From Suilimivivens sp. (GTDB lineage: Bacteria; Bacillota; Clostridia; Lachnospirales; Lachnospiraceae): a DNA stretch of 64,000 bases. Both the position numbers and the translations under genes were made by a program. Positions 19,852-28,194 of this stretch are shown here, one piece after another. The DNA lies in assembly GCA_051879815.1 (NCBI GenBank), contig JBJEMT010000057.1:8210-72209 (forward strand). Direction: 5' to 3'. Under the pieces are notes generated by a model. It worked only from the letters and a program-made list of their open reading frames with translations. It was not told the origin of the DNA and ran no database searches. Each line of letters begins with the position of its first letter. Position 1 is the stretch's first letter.

Positions 19852-20892
19852 CTACGTCTTTTTCTTGTATAATTCATCAAGCTGGTGAGTGATAGTCTTT
19901 AAAGTGCCTACTACTTTATCATAGTCCATACGCTTGGGACCGATAATACCAATGGTTCCCCTCATACCTTCTCCGAGCTCATAAGTGGCAGTTACCACAC
20001 TACAGTCCTTCATGGACTGAATAGGTGTCTCATTACCTATATAGACCTGAATTCCTGTATTATTTTCATCGGAAAGGGTATCCTGTACCAGTTCCGTAAG
20101 CATCTGCTTTTCTTCAAAGGTATTGATAATTTCGCTTGCCCTTTGCTGGTCTGACAGCTCCGGATATTTGAAGATATTGTTGGCACCGCTTGTATAAATC
20201 TCCAAATCTTCATCTGCTTTGATACCCTCTGCAATGGCATCAATCACATCACTGATGATATCGCTGTGAATACCTGCCTGCTGCTTCATGGTGGAAATCA
20301 TTGCAAGATTGATTTCTTCAATCGCAAGTCCGTTTAAATGAGTATTCAAAAGAATATTCAGCTTCAGGATATTCTCATCACTAAGTTCCTCGGAAACAGG
20401 GAGAATATTATTCTTGATCACATTGCCCTCCATAACAATGACCGCCAGAAGCTGGTTAACATCTACTCTGGAAAGCTGTATGAATTTCAGCTTGTTCTTA
20501 CGGACAGCCGGTGCAGAAATCATGGAAGCGTAGTTGGTATTTACCGCCAGAAGTTTTGCCACCTGCTTCAGGAGATTATCCATCTTATCTTCTTTCTCAA
20601 GCATCATCTCTTTCAGCTCTTCCAGTTCCTTATCCTTCTCCTCCATCATGGTATCTACATATAAGCGGTAACCCTTGTCGGAGGGAATGCGTCCTGCGGA
20701 GGTATGAGGCTGCAAGATATATCCCATTTCCTCAAGATCCGCCATTTCATTACGAATGGTGGCAGAACTTAAATTTAAATCCGTATATTTGGATATGGTA
20801 CGGCTTCCTACCGGTTCTCCCGTTTCAAGGTAATTGCGGATAATGGCCTGCATAATTTTAATTTTTCTTTCATCTAACTGCATTTCCATCAT
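19852..20892 (-). CDS. hrcA: Heat-inducible repressor HrcA
   Basis: GEPVGSRTI, SSATIRNEMADLE, PHTSAGRIPS, GIIGPKRMDY. Confidence 0.97.
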   Translation of the reverse strand: MMEMQLDERKIKIMQAIIRNYLETGEPVGSRTISKYTDLNLSSATIRNEMADLEEMGYILQPHTSAGRIPSDKGYRLYVDTMMEEKDKELEELKEMMLEKEDKMDNLLKQVAKLLAVNTNYASMISAPAVRKNKLKFIQLSRVDVNQLLAVIVMEGNVIKNNILPVSEELSDENILKLNILLNTHLNGLAIEEINLAMISTMKQQAGIHSDIISDVIDAIAEGIKADEDLEIYTSGANNIFKYPELSDQQRASEIINTFEEKQMLTELVQDTLSDENNTGIQVYIGNETPIQSMKDCSVVTATYELGEGMRGTIGIIGPKRMDYDKVVGTLKTITHQLDELYKKKT

Positions 20893-20929
20893 CCCCTTCC
20901 TCTACTTTCTGTAAGAAACTTTTTATCTG

Positions 20930-20956
20930 TTAGCACTCAACTCTTTAGAGTGCTAA
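20930..20956. promoter_or_regulatory. CIRCE operator
   Basis: Perfect TTAGCACTC-N9-GAGTGCTAA upstream of hrcA. Confidence 0.98.
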
Positions 20957-20970
20957 CACCTTCTTAACCT

Positions 20971-20999
20971 AAAATATCACTTACCCTATCTATTGTCAA
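20971..20999 (-). promoter_or_regulatory. Sigma-A promoter of the hrcA operon
   Basis: TTGACA-17nt-TATTTT with TGn extension. Confidence 0.75.
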
Positions 21000-21093
21000 C
21001 ACATATGAAGAAAAATAATTATAAAAAAATTCTAAAATGCTGTTTATTTTTTGGAAATACTTAAATTGTACTATTTGTCTTCTATCCTGAAAT

Positions 21094-21111
21094 GTGCGCC
21101 GCCAGGCGCAC
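21094..21111 (-). mobile_element. Probable 5' stub of a class IIC group II intron
   Basis: GTGCGCCTGGCGGCGCAC begins just after a terminator stem and U-tract; no further intron or RT sequence. Confidence 0.45.
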
Positions 21112-21117
21112 CACCAT

Positions 21118-21150
21118 ATAAAAACAGACCCTGTCAAAACAGAGTCTGTT
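21118..21150 (-). terminator. Intrinsic terminator after the histone-like gene
   Basis: AACAGACTCTGT...ACAGGGTCTGTT followed by TTTAT on the minus strand. Confidence 0.8.
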
Positions 21151-21192
21151 CCATCGCGTTTACACATTAAATTTTACTTTGCAGACTTAAAT

Positions 21193-21711
21193 TTAAATAA
21201 AGAAGCTGCCTGTAATATTACCGTTGATTACATAATATGTAGTATTTTCTTCAGGTTTCACGTATAAATCAACAGTCTTTAAATCCTCTTCCTTACCGTT
21301 TAAATCATATTTCCAAACGTCTCTGCAGATCTTTAATAAATCATCATTGGTATAAGACTTACCACTGAACTGGAAGTGAACGGATTCTTTTACCTTAACT
21401 TCTGCCTTTTTAACAGGTGCTTTCTTTTCTGTAGCTGCCTTCTTTGCAGGTGCCTTCTTTTCTGCTTCTGCTTTCTTTGCAGGTGCTTTCTTTTCAGCTG
21501 CTGCCTTTGCAGGTGCCTTCTTTTCTGCTTCTGCCTTCTTTGCAGGTGCTTTCTTGGGAGCTTCCTCCTTAACAGGCGCCTTAGCTTCCACTGCCGCAGG
21601 TGCTGCTTTCTTTACTTCTGCTTTCTTTACTTCTTCTTTTTTAACTTCAGCTTCTTTAGCAGGTGCTGCTTTCGCGATAACCTTTGCTGTTACTTTCTTT
21701 GTTTCTGCCAT
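21193..21711 (-). CDS. Lys/Ala/Pro-rich histone H1-like repeat protein with conserved C-terminal domain (DUF6465-like)
   Basis: Repeats of KKAPAKKAxxE; C-terminal LYVKPEENTTYYVIN; RBS GAAAGGAG before ATG at 21711. Confidence 0.8.
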   Translation of the reverse strand: MAETKKVTAKVIAKAAPAKEAEVKKEEVKKAEVKKAAPAAVEAKAPVKEEAPKKAPAKKAEAEKKAPAKAAAEKKAPAKKAEAEKKAPAKKAATEKKAPVKKAEVKVKESVHFQFSGKSYTNDDLLKICRDVWKYDLNGKEEDLKTVDLYVKPEENTTYYVINGNITGSFFI

Positions 21712-21839
21712 TACAATGACTCCTTTCACACAAGAGAAAATCTCTTATCGTTTCTGATCAATTAGTGTCTTTTTATGGGGAAAGTGTACTCCATATTTTA
21801 AAAATTGTCAACTAATCGCCATTTTTTTTACATTTTCCT

Positions 21840-22691
21840 TTATTTTACAAAGCCAAAATAAAGCAAAACAATAATGCCCAGAGCAATACGATACCATCCA
21901 AATACTTTGAAATCATGTTTCTTGATATAGCCCATCAGAAACTTGATTACGATAACGGAAACTGCAAATGCTGTCACCATACCGGTTATCAGTATCATCA
22001 ATTCATTCCCGGAAAAAGCAAAGCCAAACTTCACGATCTTAAGAAGACTTGCCCCCAGCATTACAGGGATTGCAAGGAAAAAAGTAAATTCCGCTGCCAC
22101 GGTTCTGGATACACCGATCAGCAATGCTCCAAGAATGGTCGCCCCTGATCTTGAGGTTCCCGGAAAAATAGCGGCAATCAACTGAAAAAAACCGATGATC
22201 AGTGCGGTTCTGTATGTGATTTCATTTAAAGAATTAGTCTTTGATACCGCACCTTTGTTTCTGCTTTCAATCAGGATAAAACCGATACCGAAAACAATCA
22301 GTGCAATTGCCACGCACACGCCGTTATAAAACAGACTTTCAAAAAACTCATCGAATAAAAGTCCTATTACTGCAGCCGGCAGACAGGCCACGATAATCTT
22401 AAACCACAGTTCCCAGATATCCTTTTTACAATAAGACAGAAGCCCTTCCTTCGCCACCGGACAATGGTTGCTTTTTTTGCCAAAGGGCCATATCTGGCCA
22501 AAGAACAGCACAACCACGGCAAGGATTGCTCCAAGCTGTATGACCACCAGAAACATATCCCAGAACTCCGGCCTGACATTGAGCTTTACGAATTCATCCA
22601 GCAATATCATATGACCGGTACTGCTGATGGGAAGCCATTCCGTAATTCCCTCCACAATACCAAACAACACTGCTTTTATCAGTTCCAACAT
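21840..22691 (-). CDS. uppP: Undecaprenyl-diphosphate phosphatase
   Basis: GIVEGITEWLPISSTGH, PGTSRSGATI. Confidence 0.96.
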   Translation of the reverse strand: MLELIKAVLFGIVEGITEWLPISSTGHMILLDEFVKLNVRPEFWDMFLVVIQLGAILAVVVLFFGQIWPFGKKSNHCPVAKEGLLSYCKKDIWELWFKIIVACLPAAVIGLLFDEFFESLFYNGVCVAIALIVFGIGFILIESRNKGAVSKTNSLNEITYRTALIIGFFQLIAAIFPGTSRSGATILGALLIGVSRTVAAEFTFFLAIPVMLGASLLKIVKFGFAFSGNELMILITGMVTAFAVSVIVIKFLMGYIKKHDFKVFGWYRIALGIIVLLYFGFVK

Positions 22692-22694
22692 GAT

Positions 22695-23552
22695 CTAATC
22701 CTCCAGAAATTTTAATAAATCCTCATAGCATGCTGCAGCTTCTGCATATCCTTCCTCATAAAGTGCCTTAAGCTTATCCCTATTCTTTTCAATCCGTCCC
22801 ACACCACTTTTCACTTTGGGCTGAATCAGGAAAGTATTTCCTTTTTTTACCTCATCCGCTATGAAATCCAGAGTGTTATTATAGGTAATATGCCGGTTTT
22901 TCATCAGTTCATAGACCTTAGGATATTTTCTGTAATGCAGTTTGATCAGAGACGTAAAGGAAGAAGGCTGTCTGCGGTAACCGATTTCTTTTGTCATGAT
23001 CACCACATTTTTTCGGTTCCCGTCCTCCATGGAGCGGCGAAGGGGTATCGCATCCGAAATACCGCCATCCAGATACAGCCTGCCATTAATCTCCACGTTA
23101 CGTGCTACTAAAGGTAACGAAGCAGACGCGCGAATTGCTTCAATGTCCGTCCTCATATTTTTAATAAGAATATATTCAGGACATCCTGTTTCTATGTTTG
23201 TTACCACACTGTAAAATTTCCCCGGATACTTTTCGAAGGTCTCATGATCATAAGGATAAAGTTCATCCGGTATCTTATGATAGCACATATCTACGCCGAA
23301 CAAATCTCCTGTCCTGAGCAGACTGTAAACACTGCAATAATTTTTATCATCCAGATAATCCACGTTTACATGATAAGCTCTTCCCCGCTGCTTTGACAGA
23401 AAGCTGCACAAACAGCAGGCGCCTGCGGAAACACCATAGCAGGAAGAAAATTCCATGCCTTTATCCAGAAAAAAGTCTAAAACCCCGGCGGTATAAACTC
23501 CTTTTAACCCTCCGCCTTCCAGTACAAGTCCTGCCTGATACATAATCATCAC
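22695..23552 (-). CDS. Patatin-like phospholipase
   Basis: LEGGGLKG, GVSAG, DGG motifs. Confidence 0.92.
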   Translation of the reverse strand: MMIMYQAGLVLEGGGLKGVYTAGVLDFFLDKGMEFSSCYGVSAGACCLCSFLSKQRGRAYHVNVDYLDDKNYCSVYSLLRTGDLFGVDMCYHKIPDELYPYDHETFEKYPGKFYSVVTNIETGCPEYILIKNMRTDIEAIRASASLPLVARNVEINGRLYLDGGISDAIPLRRSMEDGNRKNVVIMTKEIGYRRQPSSFTSLIKLHYRKYPKVYELMKNRHITYNNTLDFIADEVKKGNTFLIQPKVKSGVGRIEKNRDKLKALYEEGYAEAAACYEDLLKFLED

Positions 23553-23559
23553 TGCTTTC

Positions 23560-24744
23560 CTAATAATTTTCTTTTACAAATCTGCGAAGTGCCGGAAGAG
23601 AACGTTCTACCTTTTCCGTATCAATACAATATGCCATACGGAAATATCCGGGCACACCAAAGCTGTCGGAAGGGACAAGTATAAGATCATATTTCAATGC
23701 TTTCTGGCAGAAAGCCACTGCATCTTCTTCCAAAGCCTTGGGGAAAATATAGAAAGTTCCACCCGGTCTTACACATTCAAAACCAAGTGATATTAACTCA
23801 TTATAAAGAATGTTCATATTGGTTTCATAAACACTCATATCAGCAGTCTGATCAAGCACCTCTGCCACTGCCAGCTGTATAATAGAAGGAGGGCAGTTAT
23901 GTCCCGTTCCTCTGGAAATCTGTCCGCACATTGCACTGATCAATTCTGCATCTGTACATTTTGGATTCGCTGCCACATAACCGATACGTTCACCGGGAAG
24001 CGAAAGCGATTTTGAGTAGGAATAGCAGGACAGGGTATTATCATAGTATTTTGATACATAAGGTGCTGTTGCCCCGTCAAATACGATTTCCCTGTAGGGT
24101 TCGTCAGAAATAATAAAAATATCATGTCCATATTCCTTCTGCTTTCTGTTAAGCAGCTCTGCAAGAGCAGTCAGTGTCTGCGCACTGTATACTGCGCCGG
24201 AAGGATTGTTCGGTGTATTGATCAGAATCGCTGCTGTCTTTTCATTCAGCATTTCCTCCAGCTTTTCAAAGTTAATCTGGAAATTTTCTGTATTTGCAGG
24301 CACTACCTTAAGTACTGCTCCGGTCAGATTAATATAAGGATTGTATTCGGGAAAATAGGGAGCAAAGGTCAGTATCTCATCTCCCGGTTTTGTGACACAG
24401 CGCACGGCGTGCGCTAACGCACCTGCTGCACCCGTCGTAGGAAAGATGTGATTCCCTGTATAATTCATATCAAATCTTTTATTCAGAGAAGCCGCTATTT
24501 TATCCTTTACGGAAGTAATTCCGAGACTTGGACTGTATCCATGAAGTTCCATAGAACTCTTATTCTTTAACAGGTCGATCATTACCTCTGTGAACTTCTC
24601 AGGTACCGGAACAGACGGATTCCCGAGACTATAGTCAAATACATTTTCATAACCGATTTCTTTTCCTCTTGCCGTAGCAAATTCGGAGAGCTGACGAATA
24701 ACGGATTTGCCCTCTAACATTTTTTTATATTGCTCATTGATCAT
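23560..24744 (-). CDS. PLP-dependent aminotransferase (aspartate aminotransferase-like)
   Basis: SLGNP, PNNPSG, SDEPY, SKSLSLPGERIGY. Confidence 0.9.
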   Translation of the reverse strand: MINEQYKKMLEGKSVIRQLSEFATARGKEIGYENVFDYSLGNPSVPVPEKFTEVMIDLLKNKSSMELHGYSPSLGITSVKDKIAASLNKRFDMNYTGNHIFPTTGAAGALAHAVRCVTKPGDEILTFAPYFPEYNPYINLTGAVLKVVPANTENFQINFEKLEEMLNEKTAAILINTPNNPSGAVYSAQTLTALAELLNRKQKEYGHDIFIISDEPYREIVFDGATAPYVSKYYDNTLSCYSYSKSLSLPGERIGYVAANPKCTDAELISAMCGQISRGTGHNCPPSIIQLAVAEVLDQTADMSVYETNMNILYNELISLGFECVRPGGTFYIFPKALEEDAVAFCQKALKYDLILVPSDSFGVPGYFRMAYCIDTEKVERSLPALRRFVKENY

Positions 24745-24878
24745 GATTTTCCTCCTGCTTCATCATCCAAAGTACAAAGTCATTTGTTTATTTAATTTCA
24801 TTTAATACATGTTTCATTCTAACACAGAAAAAGTGCTTTGCAAACTTTTGATTATGATTTGTATTAGAATTATTTAAA

Positions 24879-24974
24879 AACATCCCCAATCCTTTTAAGC
24901 ATTCTTTCATTTGAATGGGCCATATTAGACCTCATTTCACCATTGTGAATTACTTCTTTCGGATTGGGGATGTT
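24879..24974. repeat. Palindromic element, copy A (left island border)
   Basis: Terminal inverted repeat AACATCCCCAATCC...GGATTGGGGATGTT; its reverse complement aligns with copy B at 33231. Confidence 0.8.
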
Positions 24975-25023
24975 AACTAATTAAGTATCTAATGTGCGTT
25001 AAGATATCTTCTGAATATTTTCA

Positions 25024-26073
25024 CTATTTTATTTCTTCTATAATAGAAATGTAATCCTCTAATTTATACTCTTCAGTATACCAGATTGTAATATTATAGG
25101 TGGACTCATCTGATAAGAAGAGCCATGTTGCACTGCCATATTCACTGGAACATCCCCTTCCTAAAAATTTGTAATTACCCAAATTCTTTTCGATAGTTTC
25201 TTCAATAGCAAAATCACCATAGTCCACACGTTGATTCACATAATCATCAAGTTTTTCTTCCGCGTTATTACCATTAGAAAAGGTACTGTTCTCATTATAT
25301 ATTTCTATATACCCACCCTCATATGAAGAATTTTCAGTATATTTTGCGTTACTACAGCTAATGCCTATACGATTAGATACAATATCATCTTTTACACCTG
25401 AAAACTTTATCCCTATAGCCGGGCAATACAAAGTTTCATCCCTAATATATGCCAAATAATCTGCATTATCTTCCTCATAAAAATTTAAACCATTTTTCCA
25501 TATATCTTCTATATTATAATCAAATAAGGTTATAGAAAGAGCAATCCCATTTCCAACAAATGCAACTTCCCTGACAGTATTTGTTTCGCTTGGTTCCCTA
25601 ACAGCATAAGCAACATTCTCCAAAGTACCCTTTTCCATTCCCTTTTGCTCTGAAATATAGCTGTCTAAATCGCCCTCATAATAATTGCACTCAAAATTAA
25701 AATTAACATATTTAGTAGCATTATTATCAGAAAAGGAATTTGTTAATGAACCGGAAAATCCAAATCTGCTCCAATCTGCACTATCTTTCCTTATCATAAT
25801 ACCAAGCTCATCACTTTTTATTCCTTCTGAGTCCATATACCATGTCGGCATATTCTTCTCCTGCTCCACCACTTCTGTGTTCTCGACTTCAGGTTTATTG
25901 CCGGTTTCTTCACTTACTTCTGTAGTTTTGTCGGATTCATCAGTTACCGCTTCAGGTATCGAAGTCGCTGCTGCCTCCATGGTTTCCGATGTGTCAGAAT
26001 TTTGAGAACCACAGGCCAATAATCCCAATGAGATCACAGCCACTGATAGCATTAATATTAATTTCTTTTGCAT
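25024..26073 (-). CDS. Lipoprotein of unknown function with an apparent internal domain duplication
   Basis: Lipobox LLAC, Ser/Thr/Glu linker, AT-rich coding region. Confidence 0.8.
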   Translation of the reverse strand: MQKKLILMLSVAVISLGLLACGSQNSDTSETMEAAATSIPEAVTDESDKTTEVSEETGNKPEVENTEVVEQEKNMPTWYMDSEGIKSDELGIMIRKDSADWSRFGFSGSLTNSFSDNNATKYVNFNFECNYYEGDLDSYISEQKGMEKGTLENVAYAVREPSETNTVREVAFVGNGIALSITLFDYNIEDIWKNGLNFYEEDNADYLAYIRDETLYCPAIGIKFSGVKDDIVSNRIGISCSNAKYTENSSYEGGYIEIYNENSTFSNGNNAEEKLDDYVNQRVDYGDFAIEETIEKNLGNYKFLGRGCSSEYGSATWLFLSDESTYNITIWYTEEYKLEDYISIIEEIK

Positions 26074-26157
26074 AAAATTTCCTCCATTTTCTCATTTTAG
26101 ATAGTATCTTGAAATCTCTTCGATCTCTTGCAACGAATTTTTTCTTAGTTTCTTTTA

Positions 26158-26186
26158 ATTTTAGAGTTTATAACTCTAAATGTCAA
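26158..26186 (-). promoter_or_regulatory. Sigma-A promoter of the lipoprotein gene with a palindromic operator in the spacer
   Basis: TTGACA-17nt-TAAAAT; palindrome TTTAGAGTT-N3-AACTCTAAA at 26160-26180. Confidence 0.7.
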
Positions 26187-26342
26187 TATACTTGCAACTT
26201 ATTGATAGATATTCAGTGTTGTTCAGAATCAACCCACAAAATTTTGTACCCTTAGCGTCTACTTTATGAAATTTAGCTTTGCTCTGAACAGTTACAAAAT
26301 ATTAATGCTTTTTAAGACCGAGATGTCTTTTTCTAATATTGC

Positions 26343-26576
26343 TTATACTATTCCATACTCCTCCTGTAGCAATTTCACCACATCCCCAACTGTCACAATC
26401 TCAGATAGTTTTCGATCAGGTATCTCTATCCCAAACTCATCTTCAAATGCAACGATTATATTTACCACATCGAGAGAGCTGAGTCCCAAATCGTTCAACA
26501 GATTCGTTTCCATAATAATCTGTTCCTTTGGTACGTCTACATATTCCTCTAAAATATTCCTGACTTTTTCTAGCAT
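26343..26576 (-). CDS. Stand-alone acyl carrier protein
   Basis: DLGLSSLD phosphopantetheine motif, AFEDEFGIEIPD, TVGD; RBS AGGAGAGG. Confidence 0.9.
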   Translation of the reverse strand: MLEKVRNILEEYVDVPKEQIIMETNLLNDLGLSSLDVVNIIVAFEDEFGIEIPDRKLSEIVTVGDVVKLLQEEYGIV

Positions 26577-26590
26577 GATTCCTCTCCTTT

Positions 26591-28194
26591 TCAATTCCTC
26601 TTTATCTTTCTGGTCGTGGTCTTATCAAATTCCTGCTCCCTTACTACAGTTTTTGCAATCTTCTTATAATTAGGCAGTGTTTTGTTCAAAGTCATCATAT
26701 CTTCCTGAATCTTCAACTCCGCATTCGGCTCCATTTTTTTATCTAAAAATACTTCTGCCTGTATCTGCCCATTTCTTTCTGAAACAACGACCTCTTTCAC
26801 ATATGGAAAGCGCAAAATTTTCTGTTCAAGTCCCTCAGGTGAGACATTTTCCCCATTAGGCAGGATAATCAGATTTTTCTTTCGACCTGTAATATAGAGC
26901 CAGTTGTCCTGATCCAGATTCCCCAGATCTCCGGTTTTAAACCATTCACCATCAAACACCTCGGCTGTTGCCTCCGGATTTTTGTAATAGCCTTTCATAA
27001 CAATCGGGCCTTTCACCCATATTTCCTTATCAACAATCTTGACTTCACATCCTGTTACGATCTTGCCTACAGAATCATATTTCTTGCATCTGTCCGTATT
27101 GCATGCTACTACCGGTGCACATTCTGTAATGCCATACCCCTGCACGATATTGATTCCCCATGATTCAAAATCTTTGATTATTTCCGGTTCAATATAAGCG
27201 CCTCCGCCTACCAGCAGACGCAAATTACCGCCCAACTGTTCCAATATCTGAGCAAACAGTTTCCTTCTGATATCGATATGGCATTTATACAGACCTCTCG
27301 CAGCCTTCATCACCAGACGCACCTTTTTCTTCCGTCCTGTTTTCTCGATTTCTCTCCATATATTTTTATAGATTGTTTCAATCACAAGCGGCACTACAAT
27401 CATACACTGCGGCTTGTAGACCAATAGATTTTTACTCAGATATTTCAGGCTGTCGTTAATACAGATTGTAACGCCGCAGCACATCGGAGTCATCATACCC
27501 GCAGTGATTTCCAGTGTGTGATGGATTGGAAGAATGGACATGGTACTGTCATTCGTTGTCAGATACGTATAGCTGCTTCCGTTCATGGCATTGACCGCCA
27601 GATTGCCATGCGTAATCATGCAGCCCTTACTCTTTCCTGTTGTTCCGGAAGTAAATACGATTTCCGCAAGGTCATCCTTCGTTGGACTGCCTGTCCAAAT
27701 ATTTGTTTTGTCCATCTGTTCTATCAGTTCAAAGAGACTATCCCTGTTATCAGCGCGTTGCATACAAATGCATCTGACAGACAAATCGGAATCCTTTTCT
27801 ATTTGCTCTGCAACATCCATGTATTCCTTGTCAAAAACAAGGCAACTCACATCCGCAAAACGTATCAGTTCCATGAGATCTTCTGTCGGAAGCTCCTTAT
27901 CCAACGGAACCGCTATATTTTCCGAACACATGGCAGAAAAATAACTGATCACCCATTCATAGCTTGTCTTTCCGAGAACCGCGATATGACTTCCTGATTT
28001 AAAAAGATTATGATAGAGATTTCCCACCAGCTGAATATCATGCAGAAATTCTTCTTTCATCTTTCCCTGATCTCTTTACCTTCCTTAAAGCGAAATACGG
28101 GATTGTCACGATAGGACTTTGCTGTTACCTCTACGACATCCTTTACCGTGTTTAATTCATATTTAATCTCGTAAAACGGATATTCAGTCTTCAT
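26591..28194 (-). CDS. Long-chain fatty acyl-AMP/CoA ligase, split by a frameshift near 28060 (45-aa ORF 28057-28194 plus 489-aa ORF 26591-28060)
   Basis: FTSGTTGKSKG, QGYGITE, FKTGDLG, ITGRKKNLI. Upstream ORF MKTEYPFY...AKSYRDNPVFRF... has an RBS (GGAGGT) and reads like the missing N-terminus. Confidence 0.85.

Noticed and set aside
21400-21555. Tandem ~33-nt repeats as a possible CRISPR array
   Set aside because: In-frame coding repeats without unique spacers; no cas genes
26160-26180. Palindrome as a MerR-type operator
   Set aside because: The promoter spacer is 17 nt rather than 19-20 and no MerR gene is nearby; kept only as a generic operator
28061-28067. GGGAAAG as a programmed -1 frameshift signal
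   Set aside because: The heptamer is not in X_XXY_YYZ phase relative to the upstream frame, and no clear stimulatory hairpin was seen
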